Shown: positions 1-10,918 of the stretch, piece by piece | Layout of the letters: each line of letters opens with the position of its first letter | Numbering within the stretch: the first letter of the stretch is position 1 | Source: an uncultured Gammaproteobacteria bacterium | Lineage (GTDB): Bacteria > Pseudomonadota > Gammaproteobacteria > CAWCPV01 | Direction: 5' to 3' | DNA length: 64,000 bases | NCBI GenBank assembly: GCA_963797555.1 | Contig: CAWCPV010000010.1 | Location: 64,001 to 128,000, forward strand | Program-made: the position numbers and the translations under genes | The notes under the pieces: model-generated | Databases searched by the model: none | What the model was told of the DNA's origin: nothing | Seen by the model: only the letters and a program-made list of their open reading frames with translations

Positions 1-1607
1 AGCTCGGGTACCAGTCCCAGCGGCCTCGCCAAGCGAAGATCACGGATCACCACCTCGCCATCGAAGACCTTAAAGAGCACCGCACCTCCGATGTCGAGGA
101 CGTTGTGCGCGTAGTGAACCCGCGGGATCACGGCCGATAGCTGGCCTGCCATGGCAGGCCAGCCCAGCGTTCGACTGAGAGCGGGCATGTCCACCGGTGT
201 CACGATCCCGTCCAGGTCCCACACGGGCGATGGGGTTGCCAGTCCGCGCGCCTGCAACGTGTTTACCCGCAGACTACCTCCCAGGATGGGCACGCGCAGC
301 GCCTCGAGCAACCGCAACCCGTCCCCGTTCCATTCCCAGACCGCTTCACTGCCGCCGAACGGGAGGCGGTACACGTGACCGCTGTCCCACTGCAGTTTGG
401 AGACGGACGAGCCGCTGGCCCGCCAGCTCAGAGTCCCCGCTAGCCCCGAGATACCGAATCGACCTCTCTGATCGCCCAAACCCAGCTTGGCCAGATCGAG
501 CCTCACGGACATGTCGCCAGCGCCGTAGTCGAGCGAAATCCGCAGGTCACCCTGGGCATCCAGGGCATCCAGGGGCGTGCCGACCAGCCAAGGCTGCAGA
601 AGCCGCTTGTAGAAGCTGGGCAGCGCCGTCGGTCGCAGATCGAGGCGTGCCTCGGTCAAGGCTGGGCGCGTCTGCAGGTCGAGCCCAAGGGTGCCTTCCA
701 GCTCCAGCATGTGTGAGGCGGTGAGCGAGAGGTGCGAGACCGTGAGCCGGCGCCGCTCCTCCCGTAAGCTGCCCACCGCGTCCAGGGTGACGGGCTGCGC
801 CGCGAAGTCCAGCAAGATGGGGTCCACATACAGGAGCCCGCCGTCCAGGGCGGCGGAGAGCCGCGCCTGCCAGGCGGACCCCTGTTGCTGTGCGGCCAGC
901 CGTAAGCGACCGTGGAGATCCTTGGATTCCCGCCTGCCGTCGGGCTCGGCAAAGCGCAGCCCATCGACATCGGCATTGAGCGACAGCGCTTGGAGCCGAT
1001 CTCGACGCCCATCGACCTCACCCTGGACATCCAGCCTGCCGGAAAACTCGGTCCCAGCGGCCACAGCCAGCCAGCGCCTGAGGTCGGGAAGCAACTGTCC
1101 GGGATTCAGACGCGAGCCCGCGCAACTGAGATGCCACTGGTCTTCGCTGAACTCCGCGCTCAGACGCAGTTGACCTCCCGCCAAACCGATGCGGTCCAAT
1201 GACAGATGCAAGCGTCGCAACCCGGGCTCGTAGGAGAAGCCGCCGCGGAAGTCTGTGCGGTCCAGCCAGGGAGCGGCGACGTGGAAGCTGGCCTCCGAAC
1301 AGACCCAGCTCTTGCCCTGGATTTCGGTTTTGGGACAGACGAGATCCGCGGACCGGATCCCATCGAGCGGCGGCGGGAGCGAAAGTTGGCCCACGTGCCC
1401 GGTCACCCGCCAGGCATCGCCTTCTGCGCTCGCAGAGAATTCCACAGCGCCGGCCGACCAGATGCGGGCGCGGATGCTGGAAATCCCGAGCCGAACACCT
1501 TCCACGCCGGACGCCGAAGAGGCGCCGAGCAGAGACGCCAGCAGGTAAGCCGCGCGCCAGCGCCGCTCAGCCGGACGGAAAGACCCTGGTCGAGAGGTAC
1601 CGGTCAC
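1..1607 (-). CDS. Large secreted beta-rich protein, probably YdbH/AsmA-like; runs off the window start (partial)
   Basis: Manual translation at sampled points (around 1-60, 661-720, 1321-1620) stays in one minus frame. It has a signal-like N-terminus (RRWRAAYLLASLLGASSASG) and amphipathic beta segments (VFDGEVVIRDLRLARPLGLVPEL). It is absent from the ORF track because there is no stop in the window. The GTG start at 1607 is uncertain. Confidence 0.6.
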   Translation of the reverse strand, partial: MTGTSRPGSFRPAERRWRAAYLLASLLGASSASGVEGVRLGISSIRARIWSAGAVEFSASAEGDAWRVTGHVGQLSLPPPLDGIRSADLVCPKTEIQGKSWVCSEASFHVAAPWLDRTDFRGGFSYEPGLRRLHLSLDRIGLAGGQLRLSAEFSEDQWHLSCAGSRLNPGQLLPDLRRWLAVAAGTEFSGRLDVQGEVDGRRDRLQALSLNADVDGLRFAEPDGRRESKDLHGRLRLAAQQQGSAWQARLSAALDGGLLYVDPILLDFAAQPVTLDAVGSLREERRRLTVSHLSLTASHMLELEGTLGLDLQTRPALTEARLDLRPTALPSFYKRLLQPWLVGTPLDALDAQGDLRISLDYGAGDMSVRLDLAKLGLGDQRGRFGISGLAGTLSWRASGSSVSKLQWDSGHVYRLPFGGSEAVWEWNGDGLRLLEALRVPILGGSLRVNTLQARGLATPSPVWDLDGIVTPVDMPALSRTLGWPAMAGQLSAVIPRVHYAHNVLDIGGAVLFKVFDGEVVIRDLRLARPLGLVPE

Positions 1608-2460
1608 CGCGGTCGCAGACGATAGTAACGATCACCGCATGCGCCACTTCCCCACTGAGCCGTAGTGCCGCGGCCATAGCCCCTCCCGAAGAGACACCGC
1701 AGAAGATCCCTTCCTCCCTCGCGAGGAGGCGGGTGACATCCTCGGCCTCCTGTTGGCCCACGTCTATGATGCGGTCGACACGGGCGGGGTCGTAGATCTT
1801 GGGCAAGTACTCGACAGGCCAGCGTCGTATCCCGGGGATGCTTGCGCCCTCCATGGGCTGCACCCCGATCACCTCCACCGACGGATTCCGCTCTTTGAGA
1901 AACCTCGAGGTGCCCATGATGGTACCGGTAGTCCCCATGGCGCTCACGAAGTGCGTCACCGCACCGCCCGTGTCGCGCCAGATCTCCGGCCCGGTCCCCT
2001 CGTAGTGAGCGCGCGGGTTGTCGGCGTTCGCGAACTGGTCCAGCACCTTGCCCTTACCTTCGTTCTGCATCTGGTGGGCGAGGTCCCTCGCCCCCTCCAT
2101 GCTGGCCTGCCGGGACACGAGAATGATCTCGGCGCCGAACGCCTTCATGACCGCCCGCCGCTCCATGCTCATGTGCTCCGGCATCACCAGCACCATGCGG
2201 TAACCCTTGACTGCCGCGACCATGGCGAGGGCGATTCCGGTATTGCCGCTGGTCGCCTCAATAAGGGTATCGCCCGGGCTGATCTCCCCGCGTAGCTCCG
2301 CATGCTGGATCATGCTCAGGGCCGGACGATCCTTGACCGACCCGGCGGGGTTGTCTCCCTCGAGCTTCGCCAGGATCACGTTGGAGGTACTGTGCGGCAA
2401 ACGCTGCAGCCGCACCAGCGGCGTGTTGCCCACATGCTGCTCCAGAGTCGAATAGCGCAT
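1567..2460 (-). CDS. cysM: Cysteine synthase B
   Basis: VGNTPLVRL, NPAGSVKDR (PLP lysine), EATSGNTG, SAMGTTGT, IPGIRRW, CDRGDRYLST. Confidence 0.95.
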   Translation of the reverse strand: MRYSTLEQHVGNTPLVRLQRLPHSTSNVILAKLEGDNPAGSVKDRPALSMIQHAELRGEISPGDTLIEATSGNTGIALAMVAAVKGYRMVLVMPEHMSMERRAVMKAFGAEIILVSRQASMEGARDLAHQMQNEGKGKVLDQFANADNPRAHYEGTGPEIWRDTGGAVTHFVSAMGTTGTIMGTSRFLKERNPSVEVIGVQPMEGASIPGIRRWPVEYLPKIYDPARVDRIIDVGQQEAEDVTRLLAREEGIFCGVSSGGAMAAALRLSGEVAHAVIVTIVCDRGDRYLSTRVFPSG

Positions 2461-2568
2461 CACTCGCCTCTGGCAGGCAAGCCTCGATGGCACGCTCGCC
2501 ACCCTCGCGCACGCAAGCTCTCATCCTGGGGCGCTAAGCCGCTGAGGGGGCGGCAGACACCCCCCCGG

Positions 2569-3321
2569 CTAGCGGCCAACCTGGCCACGGGCCTCCCTCA
2601 TCAGCCGCTTCATCTCGGCCACTGCCTCCTTCAGGCCGGTAAACACCGCGCGGGCCACGATCGCGTGGCCGATGTTCAGCTCCCGCACCTGGGGGATGGA
2701 TGCGATGTCGTGCACGTTGTGATAATGGAGCCCGTGACCCGCGTTCACGGCGAGTCCGGCCGCCGCTGCCCGGCGCGCCGCCTCGCCCATCTTCTCCAAC
2801 TCCGCCCTGCGACGGTCGCCGCCCTGAGCCTCGGCGAAGTGCCCGGTGTGCAACTCGACGACGGGCGCACCACTCTCCGCGGCCGCATCCACTTGGCGCG
2901 GCTCGGCGTCGATGAAGAGCGACACACGCACCCCTGCTGCGCTCAACCGTGCGCACGCGCCCGCGATGCGTTGCTGATGAGCCGCGACGTTGAGACCGCC
3001 CTCGGTAGTAAGCTCTTCCCGGCGTTCGGGCACCAGGCAGCAATCCTCGGGGCGGATGCGCTCGGCAATAGCCAACATCTCGTCGGTCACCGCCATCTCA
3101 AGGTTCATGCGGGTGACGAGCACTCCTTTCAGCAGCTCCACATCCCGTTCCTGGATGTGGCGACGGTCTTCGCGCAGATGCAGGGTGATGGCGTCGGCGC
3201 CTGCCTCCTCCGCGAGCAGTGCAGCCTGGACGGGATCCGGGTAACGCGTGTGGCGGGCCTGCCTCAGCGTGGCCACATGGTCGATGTTGACGCCGAGAAG
3301 GATGCCGTCACTGGTCGCCAT
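2569..3321 (-). CDS. pdxJ: Pyridoxine 5'-phosphate synthase
   Basis: [36 protein letters not shown]; follows recO. Confidence 0.97.
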   Translation of the reverse strand: MATSDGILLGVNIDHVATLRQARHTRYPDPVQAALLAEEAGADAITLHLREDRRHIQERDVELLKGVLVTRMNLEMAVTDEMLAIAERIRPEDCCLVPERREELTTEGGLNVAAHQQRIAGACARLSAAGVRVSLFIDAEPRQVDAAAESGAPVVELHTGHFAEAQGGDRRRAELEKMGEAARRAAAAGLAVNAGHGLHYHNVHDIASIPQVRELNIGHAIVARAVFTGLKEAVAEMKRLMREARGQVGR

Positions 3322-4093
3322 GTGGTGTCCTTACGGGGCACCCCGCGGCCGCGGGCGGGCCGTGCCATGACAAGCTAACCGCAGCCTTGCGGAAAAACTC
3401 TCGGCTCTTCAGGGGTCGGTCTCCGAGGTAGAGTCCCAGGGCCGCACGCAGCAAGCGCTTGGCCTCCTTCAAGCATCCTGGGTCCTCAAGGGCGTCGCGC
3501 GCGAGCGCAAGCAGCGTACGACCATGAACACGCACACCCGTCGCGCCATCACCCCGCAGGGGCCCCTTCTCCAGGCGATACGTGTACAGGCAGTCAGGAT
3601 CTATCGGGCATCCCCCTTCAGCCTCCTGCTCCAGCAACAGGCCGTACCCCAGCTCTTGGAGCAGGCGCTTCTCGAAGACCCTCAGGGAACGCTCCAGCGC
3701 CGCACCATCGCGTGCTGCCGAGAGGGCCCGGATGGCCCGGACGTACGCCTCATACAACCGCGTGTGCGGATCGTGGCGGACCAGCAGCCGCAGCAAGAGT
3801 TCGCTCAGATAGTAGCCGCAGAACAGGGTCCTGCCACTCAGGCGATCCGCGCCCTCCATCTCGGCGGACACCAGAGTCCCTAGATCTCCGCCTCCGACCC
3901 AGGACAACAGTAAACCCTGGAAGGGCTGCAACGCCCCCTGCATGGCGCTCTTCGGCCGACGTATGCCCCTGGCCACCAGACCCACCCTTCCCAGATCACG
4001 GGTGAACGCCTCCACCAGGGCACTCGTGTCGCGGTAAGGGCGGAGTTGCAGAACGTATCCCGGCTGCAACGCAACCCGGTCACGCCTCGTCAT
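3308..4093 (-). CDS. recO: DNA repair protein RecO
   Basis: [29 protein letters not shown]; rnc-era-recO-pdxJ synteny. Confidence 0.95.
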   Translation of the reverse strand: MTRRDRVALQPGYVLQLRPYRDTSALVEAFTRDLGRVGLVARGIRRPKSAMQGALQPFQGLLLSWVGGGDLGTLVSAEMEGADRLSGRTLFCGYYLSELLLRLLVRHDPHTRLYEAYVRAIRALSAARDGAALERSLRVFEKRLLQELGYGLLLEQEAEGGCPIDPDCLYTYRLEKGPLRGDGATGVRVHGRTLLALARDALEDPGCLKEAKRLLRAALGLYLGDRPLKSREFFRKAAVSLSWHGPPAAAGCPVRTPHGDQ

Positions 4094-5039
4094 AGCCAAG
4101 GCTCCTCAGTGCCCGCTCGTCACCGGACCACCCCTCCCTGACTTTGACCCAGAGTTCCAAGAATACTCGCCCTCCGAACAGGTCCTGCATTTCCTCTCGG
4201 GCCAGCCCGCCCACCTCCTTGAGCCTAGCCCCCTGCTTCCCAATCACGATGGCCTTCTGCCCGGGCCGTTCGACCCAGATGAGGGCGCGCACGAAGCGCA
4301 CGCCCCCGCGCTCCGCAAACCCCTCCAGCTCCACTGTGAGCGCATAAGGCAGCTCCTCCCCCAGCGCCCGCGTCAGCTTCTCTCTCACCAGCTCGGCAGC
4401 CAGAAACCGTTCGCTTCGGTCCGTCACCTGGCCGGCCGGATAGAGCGGCGGAGAGGAAGGCAGCAGCCCCTTCACGCATTCCTCGAGAACGCCCAGATTG
4501 TCACCTCGGGTCGCCGACACGGGAACCAAGTGCCGGAACGGATAGCGCCCCTGGAACCGTTGCATGTAGGGCAACAGAAGGAGTTTATCGCGCACCCGAT
4601 CCACTTGGTTGATAGCCAGGACGACAGGCGCCTCGACAGTCTCCAACTGGTGCAGCGCGGCCTCGTCGGCCTCCGTCCATTGCAGGGCTCGAACCACCAA
4701 CACCGCCACGTCCACGTCGGCCATAACCGCGCGCGAGACGCGGCTCATATACCGGTTGATGGCACTTCCAGCGACCTGCTGAAGCCCTGGTGTGTCCACG
4801 TAGATTGTCTGCGCCTCGGCGGTCGTTTTGATCCCGTGTATGCGATGCCTAGTCGTCTGCGGCTTCGGCGACGTGATGCTGACTTTCTGCCCCACGAGAC
4901 GGTTCATGAGGGTGGACTTGCCCACATTCGGCCGCCCGAGCAGGGCTGCGTAGCCACATCGGAACGCATCCTCGGCGACGGCGAGCAGCGGTCGGTCGGA
5001 AGATGCCGGGAGCCCCGAGGAAGGCGCGTAGGTCCGCAT
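4080..5039 (-). CDS. era: GTPase Era
   Basis: GRPNVGKSTL, PQTTR, DTPG, C-terminal KH domain (IVIGKQG, LWVKVR); the true start may be slightly downstream. Confidence 0.96.
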   Translation of the reverse strand: MRTYAPSSGLPASSDRPLLAVAEDAFRCGYAALLGRPNVGKSTLMNRLVGQKVSITSPKPQTTRHRIHGIKTTAEAQTIYVDTPGLQQVAGSAINRYMSRVSRAVMADVDVAVLVVRALQWTEADEAALHQLETVEAPVVLAINQVDRVRDKLLLLPYMQRFQGRYPFRHLVPVSATRGDNLGVLEECVKGLLPSSPPLYPAGQVTDRSERFLAAELVREKLTRALGEELPYALTVELEGFAERGGVRFVRALIWVERPGQKAIVIGKQGARLKEVGGLAREEMQDLFGGRVFLELWVKVREGWSGDERALRSLGYDEA

Positions 5040-5045
5040 CGCGGT

Positions 5046-5717
5046 CTAAACGTGCCCCAGCAGCCCCAGAAGCTTGCGCGCGGCCTCCTGCTCCGCCTTA
5101 CGGCGGCTGCTGCCCTTGCCCGTTGCACTGCGACCGAGCTCCAGCACGGAGCACTCGACGAGGAAGGACTGCTCATGGGGCTCCCCCGACACCTCTCGGA
5201 CGCGATAGCTGGGCAAGGACAGCCGCCTGGATTGCAACCATTCCTGCAGGAGGGTCTTCGGGTCCTTGAGCGACACCGCCGAGGTCACCGCCGCACGCTC
5301 TTCGAACAACGTCAGGATCACTCGCTCGCAGCCATCAAACCCGCCGTCCAGATAAATCGCGCCGATCACGGCCTCCAATGCGCCGGCCAAGATCGAGGGT
5401 CGTCGGTAGCCGCCACTTCGAATCTCTCCGGCACCCAATCGTAGATTGTCACCGAGCCCCAGTTGTTGCGCCTGAGTTGCAAGCGCTTCCTGGTTGACCA
5501 GTGTGGCTCGGAGCCGGCTCAGCCGACCTTCGTTGGCCTTTGGGTGGCGTCGATACAGGGCCGCAGCCACGACAGCATTCAACAGGGCGTCGCCTAGAAA
5601 CTCGAGTCGCTCGTTATGCGGCGTGCCCGCACTGCTGTGCGTCAGGGCCTCTTCGAGCAGAGCGGGATCGGCAAACTCGTAACCGAGAGTCCGGCAGAGG
5701 CCGGTCGTATCGCGCAT
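5046..5717 (-). CDS. rnc: Ribonuclease III
   Basis: HNERLEFLGDA signature; dsRBD with DPKTLLQEWLQ and KAEQEAA. Confidence 0.97.
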   Translation of the reverse strand: MRDTTGLCRTLGYEFADPALLEEALTHSSAGTPHNERLEFLGDALLNAVVAAALYRRHPKANEGRLSRLRATLVNQEALATQAQQLGLGDNLRLGAGEIRSGGYRRPSILAGALEAVIGAIYLDGGFDGCERVILTLFEERAAVTSAVSLKDPKTLLQEWLQSRRLSLPSYRVREVSGEPHEQSFLVECSVLELGRSATGKGSSRRKAEQEAARKLLGLLGHV

Positions 5718-6094
5718 CAGTGCGCGATGATCTCCTCGCTGTCGCTGAACTTGACCAGCAGGTAGATGTTGCCGATGAAAGGCCGCTGGACCTCGTAGTC
5801 GACGCCTACCGTGGTCCGACCGCCCTTCTGCTCGACGCTGAACTGCTTGGGTTCCACAACGGTGATATAGTTGATGTACAGGCGTTTCTCTATGAGCCTA
5901 CGTATCTCCAGAGGAGTCTTCTTGGTAATCTCGGGCTCGTGCTGAAGGGACTCCAGCACGGACTGCACCGTATAGTTGTCCAGATAGACTGGCACCAGCC
6001 TCAGCCCGAGCAGCGCGAAGAACCCAATCAGTGCCAGCACGATGACCCAACCGATCAGGGTCATTCCACGCTGGGTACGCCTTAGTGCGGTCAT
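5717..6094 (-). CDS. DUF4845-family protein with a pilin-like N-terminus
   Basis: QRGMTLIG plus a hydrophobic helix; conserved position between lepB and rnc. Confidence 0.85.
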   Translation of the reverse strand: MTALRRTQRGMTLIGWVIVLALIGFFALLGLRLVPVYLDNYTVQSVLESLQHEPEITKKTPLEIRRLIEKRLYINYITVVEPKQFSVEQKGGRTTVGVDYEVQRPFIGNIYLLVKFSDSEEIIAH

Positions 6095-6151
6095 TACATA
6101 CCCCCCTCTGTATGAGCATCTGCCCTCGTGGACCGGGCGGACCCCCGCCCG

Positions 6152-6964
6152 CTAGTGAATAGACGTGCCGATGCGCTTCGCGTCGACGCCCCCATTGGCC
6201 GAGCTCCAGTTCATCCACACGAGAAACGCTTTACCCACCAGATTCTCCTCGGGAACCGTGCCCCAGTACCGGCTATCGTTGCTGTTGTCGCGGTTATCGC
6301 CCATCACGAAGTAGCGCCCGTCGGGGACACGGAACTGACCTTCCATGGAGGGCTTCCACGGTTGCAACAGTATACGGTGGTTCACGCCCGTCAAGTCCTC
6401 CTTGCGCAGCATCGAATTCGGCACCAGTTGGACCTCGGCGCCATCATAGGGGCCAATGAGCTGCTGCGGCTGGCGCTGCCCGTTCACATACACCACCTTG
6501 TCGTAGTACCCGATCAGATCCCCCGGTAACCCGACTACACGCTTAATGTAGTCCACGGACGGATTATCCGGGAAGCGGAACACGACCACGTCTCCTCGCC
6601 TCGGCTCGCCGATGGAAAGAACCTTCGCATTCAATACCGGCAAGCGAATGCCATAGGAGAACTTGTTCACCAGGATGAAATCGCCAACGAGCAGCGTGGG
6701 CATCATGGAGCCGGATGGGATGCGAAACGGCTCGACAAGGAACGAGCGGATCACCAGTACGACCAGCAATACCGGGAAAAACGCCCGCGCATACTCCACG
6801 ATAAGCGGCCCTTGACGCGCCCGCTTGAGCTTCGCCTCGTCCGCGCCTTGGGCGCGCAGTTTTTCGATGCGGGGTCGGCGCCGAGGTCCGAGCCAGACTG
6901 CATCCACCAACCAGACCAAGCCCGTGACCATCACGGCCAGCGTCAAAATCGTCGCAAAATCCAT
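6152..6964 (-). CDS. lepB: Signal peptidase I
   Basis: EPFRIPSGSMMPTL (catalytic Ser), DYIKRVVG (catalytic Lys), GDNRDNSNDSRYWG. Confidence 0.97.
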   Translation of the reverse strand: MDFATILTLAVMVTGLVWLVDAVWLGPRRRPRIEKLRAQGADEAKLKRARQGPLIVEYARAFFPVLLVVLVIRSFLVEPFRIPSGSMMPTLLVGDFILVNKFSYGIRLPVLNAKVLSIGEPRRGDVVVFRFPDNPSVDYIKRVVGLPGDLIGYYDKVVYVNGQRQPQQLIGPYDGAEVQLVPNSMLRKEDLTGVNHRILLQPWKPSMEGQFRVPDGRYFVMGDNRDNSNDSRYWGTVPEENLVGKAFLVWMNWSSANGGVDAKRIGTSIH

Positions 6965-7017
6965 GTCTGTCGTCCGCTCTCTGAGTTGGCCCTGCCCGCC
7001 AGGGCCACTGTGGCCCC

Positions 7018-8821
7018 TTATTTCTTTCCGACCTGAAGCACGGCCAGGAACGCCTCCTGGGGCACCTCCACTGCACCCAACTGCTTCATCCGCTTCTTGC
7101 CCTCTTTCTGCTTCTCGAGAAGCTTGCGCTTACGCGTTATATCACCCCCGTAGCACTTGGCTGTCACATTCTTGCGCAGCGCCTTCACGGTCTGTCGCGC
7201 GACCACCTGGGAGCCGATGGCCGCCTGAATAGCCACCTCGAACATCTGACGTGGGATGAGGCCCTTCATCGTCTCCACCAACTCGCGCCCGCGCTGGTGG
7301 GCTTGGCCACGATGCAGGATGAGGGACAGGGCGTCCACGCGGTCTTTGTTGATGAGGATGTCCAGCTTGACCAGATCCGCAGGCTGAAAACGGGCGAACG
7401 AGTAGTCTAGCGACGCATAACCGCGGCTCAAGGACTTTAGCCGGTCGAAAAAGTCCAGCACCACTTCGTTCAGCGGCAGCTCGTAAGTCAACGCCACCTG
7501 CCTGCCCACGTAGTGGAGGCGTTTCTGGACCCCGCGCTTTTCCTCGCACAGACCGATCACGTTTCCCAGGTATTGCTGGGGTGAGAGCACGTTGGCCAGG
7601 ATGATGGGCTCCCGGATCTCGGCGATCCGGCTGGCCGGGGGTAGTCTGGCAGGATTCTCGACCCGTACTATCCGGCCGTCGGTGGTGAGGACCTCGTAGA
7701 CCACCGTCGGCGCCGTGGTAATCAGATTCAGCGCATATTCTCGCTCCAGTCGTTCCTGCACAATGTCCATGTGCAGCAAACCCAGGAAACCGCAGCGAAA
7801 CCCGAAGCCCAAGGCTTCCAACGTCTCCCGGCTCGTAGTGCAAGGCCGCGTCGTTCAGACGGAGCTTGGCCAGTGCATCGCGCAACGCCTCGTAATCCGC
7901 CGCGCTGGCCGGGTACAGTCCGGCGAAGACCTGCGACTGGACCGCCTTGAAACCCGGCAGGGACATTTTCGCAGGATGGTCCGCGTGAGTCAGGGTATCG
8001 CCGACGGGCGCTCCGTCAACCTCTTTGATCCCAGCCACGACAAAACCGACCTCGCCGGCTCTCAGCATGTCAGTGCGCTGGGACTTGGGTGTGAAGATAC
8101 CCACCGCATCCACCAGGTAGGCGCGCCCCGTGGACATGACCTGAATCTTCTGGCGCGCCGCCAGTGTCCCCTGCTTCACACGCACCAGGGAGACGACGCC
8201 AAGGTAGTTGTCGAACCTCGAATCGATGATGAGCGCCGTGAGAGGCGCGTGCGGGTCGCCCGCGGGCGGCGGAATGCGAACAATGATCTCTTCCAGTAAA
8301 TCGGGAACGCCCTGGCCGGTCTTGGCACTCACGCGCAGGGCACTCTTCGCGTCGATGCCTATGATGTCCTCGATCTCCTGGATGACCCGGTCCGGGTCCG
8401 CGGCTGGCAGGTCCATCTTGTTCAATACCGGGACGACCTCGAGGCCCTGCTCGATAGCAGTGTAGCAGTTGGCCACACTCTGAGCCTCCACGCCTTGGGC
8501 GGCATCGACGACCAGTAACGCCCCTTCGCAGGCTGCGAGAGACCGGGACACCTCGTAGGAAAAGTCGACGTGTCCAGGGGTATCGATGAAGTTCAGGAGG
8601 TACGTGTTTCCGTCCCGAGAGCGGTACTGTAGCGACACGCTTTGGGCCTTGATCGTAATCCCTCGCTCGCGCTCGAGGTCCATGGAGTCCAGGACCTGCT
8701 CCGCCATCTCACGGTCGCTCAGCCCTCCGCAAAGCTGGATGAAGCGGTCGGCCAGCGTGGACTTGCCATGGTCAATGTGGGCGATGATAGAGAAATTGCG
8801 GATATGCCGACCTTCCACCAC
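7018..8821 (-). CDS. lepA: Elongation factor 4 (LepA); one extra base near 7828
   Basis: [28 protein letters not shown] in one frame and [11 protein letters not shown]...[17 protein letters not shown] in another. Removing one G gives about 600 aa. Confidence 0.95.
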
Positions 8822-9007
8822 CTGCGTTTCACACCTACGCTCGGGCGAGGGACAGGCGGCCGGTACCCGGCTGCCGCCCCCGCAGCACAAACCAGCTAGT
8901 GTAGGGGATTCGCTGCCTTCGCGAAATAGGGCGCCGACTGTGGCCCCTGCGGCCCATTGCCGGGGGGAGGGCCCGTACCCTCCCCCACCATGCGCGTCGC
9001 CGGACCC

Positions 9008-10433
9008 TCAGCCCTCAGGCAGCCGCAGCGCAAGGAACAGGGCGGCATCCCCACGCTGCACCAGAACAGGGACCCACTTCCGGGCCGGCAACTTTGCGAC
9101 CAGACCTGATAGCTGGCCTACGTTCTGGATCTGGACATTGTTCATCATCACGATGACGTCTCCCGCCCGAATGCCCCCATCCTTGGCGGGGCCCGGCTTG
9201 AACGTCCTTCACCACGACGCCGTGGTCCACCCCCAGCCGTTCGCGCTCCTCCTTGTCGGCGAGGTCGGCGACGTCGAGCCCCAGGCGGTCGGCGATGACC
9301 GCGGGCGGCCCTCCGCCAGCCAGCTTTAGCTTCTCCTGATCCGGCAGCTGTCCCACCGCCAGTTTGAGTGTCATCTTCTTACCCTGGCGCAGAATTACCA
9401 GCTCGGCCTCCTTGCCCACGCGCGTCCTGCCGACCAGCGGGGGCAACTCGGCGGACCGCTCGACGGGAACACCGTTGTACTCCAGAATGATATCCCCCAC
9501 TTGGACCCCAGCCTTCTCTGCAGGGCTGCCCGGCAGCAGCTTCGCCACGAGGGCTCCCATCGGTTTCGCCAGTCCGAACGACTCAGCCAGCTCACGGGTG
9601 ACATCCTGGATGTAGACCCCGAGCCAACCCCGCGTCACGTGCCCGGTGGCCTTGATCTGCTGGACGACGTCCATGGCCACGTCGATTGGAATCGCGAAGG
9701 ACAGGCCCATGAAGCCGCCCGTGCGGCTGTAGATCTGGGCATTTACTCCAATGACTTGGCCGTCCAGATTGAATAAAGGTCCTCCCGAATTACCGGGGTT
9801 GATCGCAGTATCCGTCTGAATGTATGGCACGTAGTTCCCATTCGGAAGACTACGCCCCAGCGCACTGATGATACCCGCCGTGGCCGAGTGGTCGAAGCCA
9901 AAAGGCGAGCCGATCGCCAGCACCCACTGGCCGACCTTCAGCTCGCTGGACTTGCCGATCTTGACGGTAGGCAGGTTGTCGGCATCCACTTTGACCAGAG
10001 CCACGTCGCTGGGCTCGTCCGAGCCCACCACCTTTGCCTCCAGCTCGCGGCGGTCACTCAGTCGCACGACGATCTCGTCAGCGTCCTGCACGACGTGGTA
10101 GTTCGTCAGGATGTAGCCATCACCGGAGATGATGAATCCGGAGCCCAGGGACTCGGTGTTGAACTCTTGTATCTGAGGGGCTTCCTCGAGGAATTTGCGC
10201 AGCCAGTCGCCGAACGGGTGTCCCTCGGGCAGACCAGGGATGTCGAACTTCTGCGGCAGCTTCGGAAGGCGCCGCTTCACCTTCTGGCTGGTGCTGATGT
10301 TGACCACCGCGGCATTGTTCTGCGCGAACAGCTCGGTGAAATCCGGCAGCTCACGCGCATAGCCCGGCGCCGTGGCGAGCCACAGGACCACCCACAGGAC
10401 AAACTGAGACCGCCAGTGGAGCAACGTCTTCAT
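9008..10433 (-). CDS. mucD: DegP/MucD-family periplasmic serine protease with two PDZ domains; one extra base near 9190
   Basis: GSGFII, TNYHVV, INPGNSGGPL, RGWLGV. The second PDZ continues in a shifted frame (GIRAGDVIV...LFLALRLPEG) to a stop at 9008. Confidence 0.9.
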
Positions 10434-10463
10434 ACCACCTCCTGATTTCCAATGAGAAGCCAT

Positions 10464-10916
10464 CTATTCCTTCGCACGTCGCAGGATGACGGGCTGATAC
10501 TTGGCGTCCCGCGCTGTCCGCGCCCCGAAGTGCCGAGTCCACAGCAGCCCGAAGACGAGACCGAGCACACCGGCGCCCGCGCTCCAGCCCTCTTGAACGC
10601 CGCCAGTGAAGTGTGCCGTCAGCCCCCGGCCGAGCATGGAGCACGCCAACAGAGATGCCACCGGAACGAGGTACACCGCCAGCGACCCGGCCACGAGAGC
10701 ACGTTCGCTCAGTCCGACCACGACGTCCTCGCCCTCCCGGGCGCCCACGCAGTTGAGGACCCTGAATTGAAGCGGCTTGCGCCACAGCCCTCGGGCCAGT
10801 GCCGCAGCCCCGCAGCCGGGGCCACTCGCACAGCCGTCGCACGCGCTGCGACGCCGCGCCTCCACCCAAGCGTACGACCCCTGGTCTCGGACGACGCGCG
10901 CGTGTTCCTCGATCAT
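10464..10916 (-). CDS. rseC: RseC/MucC family protein
   Basis: CxxC-x4-C (CDGCASGPGC), two TM helices, C-terminal YQPVIL; operon position. Confidence 0.9.
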   Translation of the reverse strand: MIEEHARVVRDQGSYAWVEARRRSACDGCASGPGCGAAALARGLWRKPLQFRVLNCVGAREGEDVVVGLSERALVAGSLAVYLVPVASLLACSMLGRGLTAHFTGGVQEGWSAGAGVLGLVFGLLWTRHFGARTARDAKYQPVILRRAKE

Positions 10917-10918
10917 GG

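Noticed and set aside
550-575. Short tandem repeat GGGCATCCA x2
   Set aside because: It lies inside a coding frame (LDALDA), has only two copies and has no spacers.
7815-7835. Programmed frameshifting in lepA or the other split genes
   Set aside because: No slippery heptamer or stimulatory structure was seen, and the indels have mixed signs across unrelated genes. Assembly error is simpler.
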